A stretch of DNA of 64,000 nucleotides from Laetmonice hystrix. Lineage: Eukaryota. Below, one piece after another: positions 38,207-51,447 of this stretch (positions are counted from its first letter, which is position 1; each line of letters starts with the position of its first letter). The stretch covers positions 7,068,001 through 7,132,000 of the forward strand of contig OZ249440.1 in NCBI GenBank assembly GCA_965235115.1, given 5' to 3'. Made by a program: the position numbers and the translations under genes. A model generated the notes under the pieces. The model saw only the letters and a program-made list of their open reading frames with translations, was not told the origin of the DNA and ran no database searches.

Positions 38207-40048
38207 ATGGTGTCCCCTATATACATAGGATCGGATGGATCCCAATACACAGTCCTTATATTGGGTAGAACGAACGATGAGGTATGGTGTCCCCTATATA
38301 CATAGGATAGGATGGATCCCAATACACAGTCCTTATATTGGGTAGAACGAACGATGAGGTATGGTGTCCCCTATATACATAGGATAGGATGGATCCCAAT
38401 ACACAGTCCTTATATTGGGTAGAACGAACGATGAGGTATGGTGTCCCCTATATACATAGGATAGGATGGATCCCAATATACAGTCCTTATATTGGGTAGA
38501 ACGAACGATGAGGTATGGTGTCCCCTATATACATAGGATAGGATGGATCCCAATATACAGTCCTTATATTGGGTAGAACGAACGATGAGGTATGGTGTCC
38601 CCTATATATAGGATAGGATGGATCCCAATATACAGTCCTTATATTGGGTAGAACGAACGATGAGGTATGGTGTCCCCTATATACATAGGATAGGATGGAT
38701 CCCAATATACAGTCCTTATATTGGGTAGAACGAACGATGAGGCATGGTGTCCCCTATATACATAGGATAGGATGGATCCCAATATACAGTTCTTATATTG
38801 GGTAGAACGAACGATGAGGTATGGTGTCCCCTATATACATAGGATAGGATGGATCCCAATACACAGTCCTTATATTGGGTAGAACGAACGATGAGGTATG
38901 GTGTCCCCTATATACATAGGATAGGATGGATCCCAATACACAGTCCTTATATTGGGTAGAACGAACGATGAGGTATGGTGTCCCCTATATACATAGGATA
39001 GGATGGATCCCAATATACAGTTCTTATATTGGGTAGAACGAACGATGAGGTATGATGTCCCCTATATACATAGGATAGGATGGATCCCAATACACAGTCC
39101 TTATATTGGGTAGAACGAACGATGAGGTATGGTGTCCCCTATATACATAGGATAGGATGGATCCCAATATACAGTTCTTATATTGGGTAGAACGAACGAT
39201 GAGGTATGGTGTCCCCTATATACATAGGATAGGATCGATCCCAATATACAGTTCTTATATTGGGTAGAACGAACGATGAGGTATGGTGTCCCCTATATAC
39301 ATAGGATAGGATGGATCCCAATATACAGTCCTTATATTGGGTAGAACGAACGATGAGGTATGGTGTCCCCTATATACATAGAATCGGATGGATCCCAATA
39401 TACAGTCCTTATATTGGGTAGAACGAACGATGAGGTATGGTGTCCCCTATATACATAGGATAGGATGGATCCCAATACACAGTCCTTATATTGGGTAGAA
39501 CGAACGATGAGGTATGGTGTCCCCTATATACATAGGATAGGATGGATCCCAATACACAGTCCTTATATTGGGTAGAACGAACGATGAGGTATGGTGTCCC
39601 CTATATACATAGGATAGGATGGATCCCAATACACAGTTCTTATATTGGGTAGAACGAACGATGAGGTATGGTGTCCCCTATATACATAGGATAGGATGGA
39701 TCCCAATACACAGTCCTTATATTGGGTAGAACGAACGATGAGGTATGATGTCCCCTATATACATAGGATAGGATGGATCCCAATACACAGTTCTTATATT
39801 GGGTAGAACGAACGATGAGGTATGGTGTCCCCTATATACATAGGATAGGATCGATCCCAATATACAATCCTTATATTGGGTAGAACGAACGATGAGGTAT
39901 GGTGTCCCCTATATACATAGGATAGGATCGATCCCAATATACAATCCTTATATTGGGTAGAACTAACGATGAGGTATGGTGTCCCCTATATACATAGGAT
40001 AGGATGGATCCCAATACACAGTCCCTATATCGGGTAGAACGAACGATG
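38207..40048. repeat. Minisatellite, 77-bp unit, ~24 copies
   Basis: Unit atggtgtcccctatatacataggataggatggatcccaata(c/t)acagtccttatattgggtagaacgaacgatgaggt. Confidence 0.97.
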
Positions 40049-43000
40049 GAGTATTTATACACAACCTATACGTACATCAAACCGTGTGTTGTGATGGTCA
40101 TCAGTTAGAGGTGATACCTGACACTCAGATATGAGCCTTTACAAACCTGATAATCACGGGAAGATATACATAATACTTCTCTCGGCGATCAAGCTATCAG
40201 TGAGAGGTCACTGAGGGTCACATATCGCCTCATAATGTTCCTGGCACTTATCGATCACTAAGTGTATGATTTCATGGAGGATGTAGACGTGGAGACACGT
40301 GATATCTGTTTCTGGATTAGGTTTGACATATAGAACCCAACCAGGGATTAACTCCACCAAGGAGAGCAATATACGGCAGACTGGAGACCATCTCATTATC
40401 TCGGTGACAATAAATGGCAATCATTAAGGAGTTTAATCATATGTGTGCGGGTACTCTATCCTATACCTGGACTAGGACTTCATTTATATGACATGGGATT
40501 TAATTAAATTAAATTGAATAAGTCAGAGGCGGTTAATCGACGTCCTGCAAAGAGAACAGTTCCCGCTCTCAATCCTGCCATGGCCCCATGTGTGCTCAAG
40601 AGATCGCAACACTCGGTGTCCCGGGGAACCAGCTTGGCCAGCTATTACAATAATTTATCAATCTGACCGGCATCAGAATCAGAACCGCAACAAAACTACA
40701 AATCAGTGTAAAACTGTCATCGTGTCATTCTCTAGCTCAACCAAACGTCGATGGAAATTCTCGTCTGCTCCAAAAATGACGTCATTCATCGTTGATTGCC
40801 GAAAGGAGGAGCCACTTTCAATTGACTTGAAGCGTCGCTGTCACCGGCAGCAATTACACCCCTAGGGGGCGCGCGGCATGATTACATCTGTAACATTTAA
40901 GAATCAATAATAGTTGGAGTAGTGAATAATGGATTGAGAAGAGCTGACTATTACACAGCCAATTAGGAATGCTGCTGGTTGACGTCGGCGATAGTCGATC
41001 ATCGTCCCACCATGGCGGGCTCGGGTGGCCCGGATGAAGCGGCTCCAGCCTCGGTTTGGGTTTCTTCACTTGTCGCAGTCTCGTTCTGATGTCAATCGTT
41101 GTGGTATGGTTACCGAACGTGTGATCATGAAAACGGCTTCTATCATATAGACGACGATTTACGGATAGTGACAAGTAAGGTCTTAAAGGGAATTATATAT
41201 CGGCCCTCTATGGAAAGGACCTCGACCCGACCGATATAACGCGCTCACATCATGACTGCAAATGTGTCATGTGTTTGATGTCCAATTGCGGTGTTATTCA
41301 ATATCTGAATGTTTTTATGATAATTATAGGACTTCCTACAAAAATAACTCAAGTAGTCGAAAAACTGTAATGATAAAAGTAGGCATTAAAACTCTACCAG
41401 GGCCTGCTATACGGTCCATTAAAAGTAAAGAATTGTACGATGGATTTCATTTCATGTAGTACCTTGTGATAAATGGGGTTCAGACACAAAAGTTGGGTGG
41501 CGATAGACAATGGAACATGACTTTTACACGTATGACTTATACAGAATGGGATAAGAATGCGGTCATCAAGACTAAACCAAGGCGGTACAATGGGATGCTG
41601 CGGTTCAATATGGCTGCTCCTTTTTGGTATTCTATTGTGCCCTAATCCTCGGAAACCGATGCTATTAATACAGAACTGACTACATATATGGAACAACCAT
41701 TTGCCTCATCTCTGGGCCGCCCAAACGAGGTGCTAAACGGCCAACAATATGGTCTCGTCCACTCTAAATCAGGGGGAGGCAGATGTATCAGGGCGAACAC
41801 AAAGCACTGCTTCATGTCATCATAAATGCATATTTGAACTGGGCCGATCGGCCGACGCCATAACAAGGGTGTTAAGATGCGGCCAGCAATGGGCTCCAGC
41901 GCCATCAAGCGCTCTTAAATTTCACCCAATTTGTTTGAGACGATCGTAAGCTGCCTTGCTGCCGAACGTTGGTCGGCCGGCAGGGGGAGCTAGCAGTCCG
42001 GGGGGAGGAGGCGAGGGGCCCCGGGAGGGGAACCGACTACCTGCAGATACCACCAGGGGTGAAGTCTCATGGTGAGAAGGAGGGGTATGGTGTTCTTAGA
42101 ACAAAGAAATACGCACCGACCTTCACCACTTTATTCTAGATGAGTTAGCGGCTGGACATGGGGACGGTAATCGCTTTCAATGTATCTTCCATCGCAATCA
42201 GATTCTCCATAGAGGTCATTAGGAGATATGGTTAAAGATTAGGCCCCATTTCAAAGTTTGTGACCCCAAATTGAACAGCCAGATTTCGTTAAACCTTTCT
42301 CTGTGTCTCTATGTCTCTCTCGTTCTCTCACTTCTTCATCTAAATCCCGATTCGTTTTCCGTTTATCGTCTGTTTTTCTGTCTCCTCTTACATCGTTATA
42401 AATGGACCCTGTGTATATAAACTCCGACGTGATATATATCTATAAGCGATGTAAATATGTATGTGTATAAATGTTATAAAACCGGTTGCGGCCAGCGTCC
42501 GTGGTTGTCCCATGGGGGCCCCTATCAGCCTCGACTTGGGCGAGTCATGATTGCTGCCGATTGCTCATTCCGCCACCCGCCGCCTCCCTGGCCGCTATAT
42601 CGCCACCACCTGACATCTAAATAGGTCCGAATTGTTCGATAAAGCTCAATTTATATGCCGCTATCTTAACTCCTGCAAGGGGGTGGCCCAATATTTCTCA
42701 CCGCGTGCTGATTAAAGTGCGTCGATTAGAGTTGGACGGCCTGCACTGCTTCTCATCTATTAGTGCGCAGACTCGGCGCTGCAAAATGTCGTCTGCCTGC
42801 CTGTACGCATGCACACTTTTAATGCCCTTCCTGTCTGACAACGAAGGGCATCCGACCTCGAGTTGATACAGGGTTTGGCGGCGTTTCACTTGGTGGCAGA
42901 CACAATTGATAACATTGATAGGGCCACCTCTCTCACAGTTGGTCGTTTTCTCTATAAGCCTAAATAAAACCCGCAGAGACTATTGAGGTATAATATTCAC

Positions 43001-46000
43001 GTACATGCCCGGAGATAAAATTTGATTGTGTAGTATAAGTGTATGTACCCACCTGAGCTGGGGAAAGACTCAATTCAAGTCAGCAACGTACTTTATAAAT
43101 GTGTAGAACCTATGAGAGTGCAACACAACAGGAATACTGGTTTGCTTGAGCAATGAATCTTTCAGGGTGATTTACATTATAGAATACATAAATACAACCA
43201 ATATGATTTAACAGTCCCCAGCAAATTCAATACAGACAATGAGAAAGTGAGCCGTATAGAAATCCAAACCACTTAATATTGTAGGTCCCGCGTGAGAGAC
43301 AGCTTCATGGCGCATACGATATTGACTGACATTTAGTGCGTTGTTCTCTTTCTACGTAAACGATCCTAGATTTATTATTGGCCTCCCCGTCCAGATGACT
43401 AGCCGTGATGACCACAGCACTGGTGCCAGCTGAAAGCTGACTCTGCCTACATCTTCACCAAACACTAGTAAAATAATGGCGCAGTTTCTATGGGCAGAAC
43501 TCATCTGACGTCATACGATACCAGCAAAAGTGCACGGCATGCAGTCTCCCGGCAACAACATAAGATATATATAAATATATTCCAATACTTTATGGTAAAG
43601 GATCGTGCCTGAAACTATTCCCTGTAATAGACTACGAGATGAAGCACAATAATTATTATTGTACCATCACTTGCCTATTCTCTTTAATAACAAAAACTGT
43701 GAGACGACACCCAGCAATGGGTTCGTATAAAGTTTCATGATAGAAGAGACAGATGTTTAGCCCGCGAACAACGACACAGCTTGGATGTATTTGAGCTTCG
43801 TCCACCGTTTAGCAACATGTCGACTTAGCCGGAACTTAAAAAATGGAGATTAAACCCAAGTGAAAAGGGTCACAAAATAATCAAAACATCACATAATATA
43901 TCAGTCCACGTTTACTATTTAACATGTCGATTAATATACAGTAAACCCATTGTACTGTGGAGTAAAATATTCGACTACTGAAATCACTTTATTACTGATA
44001 ACAGTATCACAGTGAAACCGCCTTGTGTGTAGTCGACCTTTGACATACAATCCACACATAGATTGAGAACTGGCCGCTCTGTGAAACTTGAGCGTGTTTG
44101 CTGTGACCAGTAGGACAGGCAATCAAAGAGGGGTCTTGTAAATAAAGCCATCATGTGGTAAGACTTCACTTTAATTGATGGTTTGATGATAGACGCAGTC
44201 AGACTGGAACCCCTTGGGTCGATGTCTTCCGGCATACATACAGCCCACCCATTAGTGTCCGCCCGGCATACATACAGCCCACCCATTAGTGTCCGCCCGA
44301 GCAGGCTGTTACCACCCGGCTCACGATGATGGCTGTGATAAGCCTAAATGTTTCCCGATACTTTCCCTCACATGATTTGAGAACGTATACGCTGGTACTA
44401 AATGGCAAGTAAAGTAAGCTCGCTCTAGAACATACACTGGCCAGATCTTGTGTAAATAATCAAAGCCAGAACGTGAGACCGTGTTTGGAGTCAGCATTTA
44501 GCTCAAACTCCAAGCAGACTATCTCACTCAATGCATTGCCCTGACCGTTTACCCCCTCCCAATGACTCTCATAACCCAGCAACGGACTATCAATTTGTTT
44601 CCAGGCGGAATTGCGTATCAAGTGACGGCTTATCTGGGTGGTCAGTCACTGGTCAGCAGGTGGAATGTGACTCCTGGCTGGCAGGGGGACATCGGTCAGT
44701 GAGAACAGACTGCCCAGTCTGTGCTGGCATTCTCCTGACAAGCCTTTCGGCCGCCAGGTGGCCTGTGTCCATCCCCTCATCACCCCTCAACTAATAGCAG
44801 CCCCCCAATCTAATAGGAACGCCTACAAACACACCAGTGCAGAGTGTCCGAGACCGCATATCTAAGTATGCACTAATAGCGGCTTATCTTGGCGATTAAA
44901 CCACATCACCGTGCCATTCACTCTCCCGAAATGCCGTTTTAATACGGCTAGGCTCGTATCGTTTGAACACTTGGACCAGTAAGTGCTATGCTATTAACAA
45001 CAGCCCTGTCGATGTAAAACACACCCTCACCGGTTACTCTCCTCAACACCCGGGCGTCCGACCCGCGTTCTTTGTTGAAACATTTGCCTAGAAGTCAATA
45101 GGCCCTTACATCCGATTTCAAAAGAGTCATTTAGTGAGAACAGAGAGAAATCTGTAGTTGTGGTTGCTGAGATCATACGGTCCAGTAGGCGCTGACAAGT
45201 CATGCCTGGCCGGACTCAGTCAGCCATAGTTGGCAGTAAATGTGGGAAGATTGGTCGGCGGCGTTGAGAAAGAATGGTGTAAAATGTCCACGGCCACCCG
45301 CCTCCACGTCCTGTCCATATGTTAGACGGTTTCCACGCCTGTAGACTAATTCTACCCACGGGTCAATGATCTGTTCTTCATGCACTGTGTGGTCAGTGGA
45401 GCTCAGGCGGTGCCTTTCATGTCAGACTATGTGAAACAATATTGTTCGTACAGACATTGGTTAGTTCCTGTTCTACATAATATAACTGTTAAAGCAATCA
45501 CCCAGTATTTCTCATGTCAATGACTCCCAAATACAGATATGGGCTGTTATAGGTTAGATACGGCATAAGACTACATAAATCAATGTTTACCCACAGAAAT
45601 GGAGAAATCTAATGAAATTTAACATTCCAGTTGCCTGTTGTCGCCATGAAGCGAACGTCTCTTGGCTGGTTGTTTACTGGCATTGACTTGGACAGCCAAT
45701 GAAATTCATCGGTACAAATGTATATCGCCCGGAATGAGACATACTCAGTGATTGATTTAAAGTAACATACGATTGTCTCAAAATCACCCTTAATTTGGAT
45801 AGAGGCATCAGCACCATAAGAATCACCTGTGTAAGATATATACCAACACTTTGCCAAGTCAAAAGTTGCCATATTATGCCAACTTATTCACCTTCCTGGA
45901 TCACCGCTCATGTCTCCCCAATCCAGACTTTGTTTACATCGCCATTTTCTACCAGTTTGAAATTATCGCTGACTTCTACATCATCAATCACGTTAGGGGA

Positions 46001-46726
46001 TTCATGGGTCTCCTGGTTCATTGGCCTCATCTAACCTTATGTCGTTATTTTGGAGTCATTAAAATAAAAAATAGGCGTGGATTGTTTTAATAGCTATGTT
46101 CTGAATTAAAAAGATCCCATATAACGTAGAACATAATTCTGTATCATTTTGGACAGTAAGACCCACCAGCGAGGTTTTTATTCGCCGGAATCGGTCCAAT
46201 CAATTGCAAACAATAATACTTGATAATGACAATTAGTAATCTTTTTCTGAATATTCTTATGAGCATGTACTTTCCTATTCCGACTTCAAGGCAGACTAAA
46301 ATCGGTAAGTTAAAAAGTATGTTAATATTTCAGAGAAAGAAGTTGTTTTTCGAGGATAATTTGCATGAGAATGACATTAAACAGATCAAAAGATTGCAAA
46401 ATCCTGACTGCGAAGGTAAATGACATGTATTTACAATCCTATGAGTAGTACGACCTTTCAATAAGTCTAAATTTCAATCAACTTCAACCAGGAAATAATT
46501 TTTATATTTATTTTTCCTCTCTTGCTATCCAGGATTTGGTCAGACATACAAAGAGACAGGAGAGAGAGATGAGAAACAGTGCAAGCAGGTGGCGCCACTA
46601 ATAAAGGTGTGCCCCCTGATCGGTAACCCTGGTGGCGCCATCTAGTGGTGTACTGTTTTTGCCATTATTTCTATTCTACCTTACAAAATGTAGCCTCAAC
46701 GGTTTCATCAAATGTTTACCGACATC

Positions 46727-47095
46727 CAGAGGTGGATCCTAGATTTTACATCTGAGGGTCTGGATGACGAGGATGGCTGGACCGTCTAAGGTGAGCATTT
46801 GGTGCATTGCACTCAGAGGAAAGTTTTAGTTTTAGCAAGTGCTAACTCTGTAGCTTCCCTAATTCCTAACTCATTAATTCCCAACTATATAACAGTGTAC
46901 TCGTTTTTAAATAAAGTTGTCATATTTATATTAGACACATCACATCATAAGTGGACATGATAAAGAAAATGGTTGCCCAACAGAAGTCCTACATGGGCTC
47001 CAACAAAAGAGCTTTTTGTAATGCAAACAATCATGAATTGTTTTCCTGTGCCCCCCCCCCCCCCCCCCCTTAGTGAAATCTTGGATCCGCCAGTG
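46727..47095. mobile_element. Degenerate non-autonomous element with CAG.GG(C/T)GGATCC-type termini
   Basis: cagaggtggatcctagatttt at the left and aaatcttggatccgccagtg at the right, with a C-run before the right end. Related termini occur at ~47776 (caggggcggatgcaggatt) and ~54735 (ccctggatccgcccct). No TSD seen. Confidence 0.5.
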
Positions 47096-48121
47096 TACAA
47101 TAACGATTATAGAATAGGCACACCCGTACGTCGTGGATATAAGTAGGCCTACATGTAAACCTATGTCATTTTCGATCTGTATCGAATCTGAAACACAAAA
47201 TACTGGATTTGGGTCGGAACGCCGGTCACTCTCTTGTACGCCGCTAGATGTCGCCGTATGTATCAGTTTGTTTCCACCAGGTGGCGTGATTGAACCGATT
47301 CAACCGTCCTCCGGTCTGTCACATTGCATGGAGTATTTTGTGCAGGTTTAAAGACCAGTAGGTGGCAAGATGGGTTGGCGCCGATAACTTGTGTAGATAT
47401 GATCAACTGTTACTATGATGATACTATACATAAGAAGTCCCACCAAGAGAGCAGCTATGACGAGGCGTTCGCTAGTCGCTGTGAATCGTTTCGCTGCCCT
47501 GAAGTCGCCGTCCACGAGGGCGGCAGAGAACGCATTCCTCGCTTTCCGTGCGTACACGACGGCAGCGACACCAAGCGGCGGGAAGAGTAGGATTGAGAAC
47601 GCCGAGAAGATACTAATGAATGTGATGTCACGGGGCAGGACCCGATACGGATCACCCTCCTTAGATAAATCAACGGTGATGATTTCCTGAAGAAAACAAC
47701 AAAGTCACAAATATCACAGATGTTGAAGACAGTGTTCGACCGACATCTATCCTTATTGACTCTTTTTGGTATCGAAGCAGGGGCGGATGCAGGATTCTGG
47801 CAAAGGCAGCTGGGGCTTTAGGGGAATGATTTACTTGTGGGGGGAGGGGGTTAGCATGGTCAATTATCCAGAAAGCTCTATGGGGAAAGAAGAAAAGTCA
47901 GATGCCAAGTGAGGAGCCCCTTACCCCACCCCACCCCCACCCCGTTCGCGACGGGAACGGTAAGGAAGTATAGCCTCATACCGGACCCTCTATGTAGGCG
48001 AGTCGGTCAATAATAAAAGGAATATGATCCAATCAAGGTCGTGCAACGAATATCCATGGATTTTCTAGGGCCAATAGGTCCATCACCCAGCGCTTCCAAT
48101 AACATATACGCCATCTGGAGT

Positions 48122-48259
48122 CTATCAGGATAACCTCGTGCTGCCATGTAGGTTTATAAACCTATAGATGGCAGCACGATGTATAAGTTATCCTGATAGG
48201 GCAGCACAAGGTAGGCCTATATTGTGCGTTCCACTTAAAAAGTGGAACGCACAATATAG
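48122..48259. repeat. Two adjacent palindromes (78-nt nested hairpin plus perfect 20-bp stem)
   Basis: Stems 48122-34/48187-99, 48136-47/48168-79 and palindrome 48149-64; then 48217-36/48240-59 with a 3-nt loop. Confidence 0.85.
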
Positions 48260-48908
48260 CCACCTAGGTATTGCAACGCAGTGATGGAGCAACAAGAAAT
48301 GTAAACCCCGAAAGGAGGTAACAAAATAGCTTCCTATACGGCTAGATAACCTTCACTAGCAGCCATTAGGTGTCTGTGGTTGTACCTTTTGGCCGTCTTG
48401 TCCGACGACAAGTACGGTCTGTAGTGTGACGTCACAGCCGCCGTGAGGACTGACTGTACATACAGGTACGTCACAAGGAGCGGATAGTCCTGTCGTCTGC
48501 TCATCCTCCAAACTCACGACAGAATTAAACGTCACGCTCCTCACACGGCCACCAGGTGGAGCCACCGTCTGTGAGAGGTCGTCGTCATCGTCTGCGGGTA
48601 GGCCCCCTAGGGTTAACTGAAACACAGGAGGGGTTTTGGATGGAGTGCTACTGGATTTACTCCCCGCATAGCACTGCCAGAACTTGTCATATTGGTGTCT
48701 TCTCCTTCTAAATTTAACGGTTTTAAATTCTAGGCTAAGATCCAGATATTTTTACAGGGCCGCAGGGCAGGGGGCAGCTGCCCCCTGTGAAACCCCAGAG
48801 AAAATTGTCATATAGGCATATAAAGCCATAAAAAACAAGACCTATGTGTTGCCATGAATCATGTGCGGTATAATAATAGGACATTCATTTACATGAGAAT
48901 AAGTATAC

Positions 48909-49296
48909 TGCCCTGACAAGCCCAACTGCAGTAACTGCAAAATTGCGATTTTGAGTAAATTGGCTTCAAAGTATTTCTCTCAGTCCAAGAGTATAGTTTG
49001 GTATATTATGCATTCTTGGGTTTAATTATGTCCCATTAAGTTCGCAAAAATGTAGATAACCTTTGGGCTATTCTAAACTTTGCTAAAGTTTAGAAATTGC
49101 AGATTTTGCAGATACTGCTTGTTTTCATGACCCCGAAACAGAGCGCAGCAGGTGCAGTATAGATTCTAAATCTTATGCGTGTAATTTTAGTTCACTAGTC
49201 TTTCCAATAGATGGAGCCAATCAAGTAGCCCCAGAAAAGTGGGTTATCACATTTTTGGTAAAATTTGCAGTTACTGCAGTTCGCCTTGTCAGGGCA
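48909..49296. mobile_element. MITE, ~35-bp TIRs (tgccctgacaag..aactgcagtaactgcaaa)
   Basis: Inverted termini with 2 mismatches in the first 33 bp and an AT-rich interior. TSD not clearly preserved, so superfamily unassigned. Confidence 0.75.
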
Positions 49297-50580
49297 CAAT
49301 TCAAATATAGTGTTTTGATCAAATATTTACAATAATATCTAAGATAATTGCATGTACACAACCACAGTCATCACCTTACACAGGTAAAATGAATAAGCAG
49401 GTTGCACCCATCCCCCCCCCCATCACCCACCCACCCCACCCACCCACATACAATATACATTCGCAAACCAAAATCGTGGAGTGTGAGACAGGCTTTACCT
49501 GGGTTCGGTCCGCCTTCATTTCTTCTTTTCTGTCCGGACAGAATACTTCCAGTAGATGTAACTCGTCAATGTAAAAACAGAGCTCGAGTTGAGGGTAATC
49601 CCAGCTCCTTGTACGATATATAAGGTTCTTATCCTGATCAGTTTCAAGGTAGCGGTTATCAGCGATGTGATTGAGGTTAGCTCGAGTTGGCATTGACAGG
49701 GTAACTCGTGCTTGTTATTGTTATATATCAGCTAACTCACAACCCGACCGGTCTAGGCACGACACCTGCCCTTATCGTAGGTGGTGACGTACAGCTCGAG
49801 GGTATACCGATAGGGATACGATAACATTATATCGGGAACATGACGGGTATTGGATAGCGACAGGGAAGTTTTATTGCAGAAAGAATGACGAAGTGTTTTA
49901 GGACAAGGATGAGGAAGTTTTTTGTGAAGATTAAAACGTCACGGAGATAACGAATAGATATAAGGCTACTATATAAGTTGCTGTCTTTATATTTTTAAAT
50001 TTTAAAAATCCACCACTGTTCAAAATATTAGAATTTACAAAATGTTTGAAAATAATAGGGCTAAAATAATTTAACATAAAATATTGGGAGGGGTCAACAC
50101 ACACTCTTCCTTGTTATGTGGGAGGCCCCGGTGCCTGTTATGTAAGCCTATATTAGCATAGAATTACTCCGGGATCTGGTTTTAGTATGTAATATTATCA
50201 CAATGTATGAAGCCCGCATACATTCTTTTGGAGACCTATACCTGCACGAGACCCGTGGCGTCATACCTCACAATTTGCATAAAATGTAAAATTTAAAGTA
50301 AATATGATATGATTTGATAAGGATTTGTCAGGATACGATATGACGTATTATGACGTCATATCGTATCACGTGACATCAAAGTTTGATTCTTTGGGCAGTT
50401 TACCAGAGATTGGCCATATATTTGGCAGTTTTCAACAGATCTTGATGAAACATGTTTTGCTTAAGGAGGGTGCATGCATGGGATGATACGCCAAATTTAT
50501 GAAAGATTTTCTCCTGTGACATCATTATTTCGCGTCATGACGTTATTCTAGATAGGACCTTAGTACCTTATTAGCTGTGA

Positions 50581-50655
50581 GTGCGAATAGCTGGGTGGGT
50601 AACATACCCGACTGATAGGCTGGAGATCATGGGTTCGAATCTCGCTAAAGGGTAG
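50581..50655 (+). other. tRNA-derived relic / possible SINE head
   Basis: A-box-like TAGCTGGGTGG (50588) and B-box GGTTCGAATC (50632), 44 nt apart as in tRNAs. The acceptor stem does not pair, so it is not a functional tRNA. Confidence 0.55.
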
Positions 50656-50872
50656 GAATTTTTATCTGATATTTTTCGTATTGTAAACGTCAAAAAAGTG
50701 GGATGGCAAGCCAAATGAATGAAAATTTTGTCCAGTGATGTCACTATTAGTCCATCTGGAGGATCCACTAACGGCGTTCTATATAATAGCAGTGTTTGAA
50801 CTGAGCTTTCTTGACCATATAGACTGGAGCCAGTCAGTCGGGATCATGTCGGGCCGCCAGACTTTCGCTATA

Positions 50873-51012
50873 AAGGAGTTAATAAATAACGTTTTCTAGC
50901 CTCCAAAGATGGCGTTTGCAAGAGCCGTTCACGAATCAGACTTCAGGCCCCAATTTGACATTTACACCCTATAACAAATTGTATCAATATTCTTATTAAA
51001 TCATGCCCGTGG
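50873..51012 (+). repeat. Dispersed repeat copy A (homologous to 61316-61469)
   Basis: Collinear shared blocks aaggagt..ataaataa, ctagcctc.aaagatgg.gttt, gaatca.acttca, aggcccc(c)aatttgacatt, ttgtatcaatatt.ttattaa, atgccc. Confidence 0.8.
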
Positions 51013-51324
51013 GGTTTAGGTCATTGTTAACGGAATCCCCGCCATGTGTCTTTGCAATTTATGGGCTTGAACCATAATATCAAGTATCTCAACAGGTATA
51101 AAAGTCCTTCATCTCAGTAATCTTTCCTATAGGCACGTTACAGTAACTGACAATGGGATAAATGATTGCATGCAATCAGGGTGACTAGTTCCAATTTGAT
51201 TTAATCTCGGTCGATGTGAGCCACTAGACCCAAAGAAGACCGGTAGAGTCTATGCTACATAGGGTTTTGGTGCATGAAATAGACCTCTGCTTATAAGGGT
51301 TGGCATCACGGAGGAAGTCATTAA

Positions 51325-51447
51325 CACCCCGGCAGCGCCCCTCCACCCCGGCGGCGTCCCTCCACCCCGGCGGCGCCCCTACACCCTGACGGCGTCCCTA
51401 CACCCCGGCGGCGTCCCTACACCCCGGCGGCGTCCCTCCACCCCGGC
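51325..51447. repeat. Minisatellite, 19-bp GC-rich unit (caccccggcggcgtccctc), ~6.5 copies
   Basis: Directly visible. Confidence 0.9.

Noticed and set aside
45609-46090. Overlapping ORFs with protein-like stretches (VIDDVEVSDNFKLVENGDVNKVWIGE)
   Set aside because: Interrupted by stops and frame changes, with no motif I can assign. It may be a decayed transposon but is unsupported.
50581-50655. Functional tRNA gene
   Set aside because: A and B boxes are present, but the acceptor stem does not pair and the T-stem is imperfect; kept only as a tRNA-derived relic.
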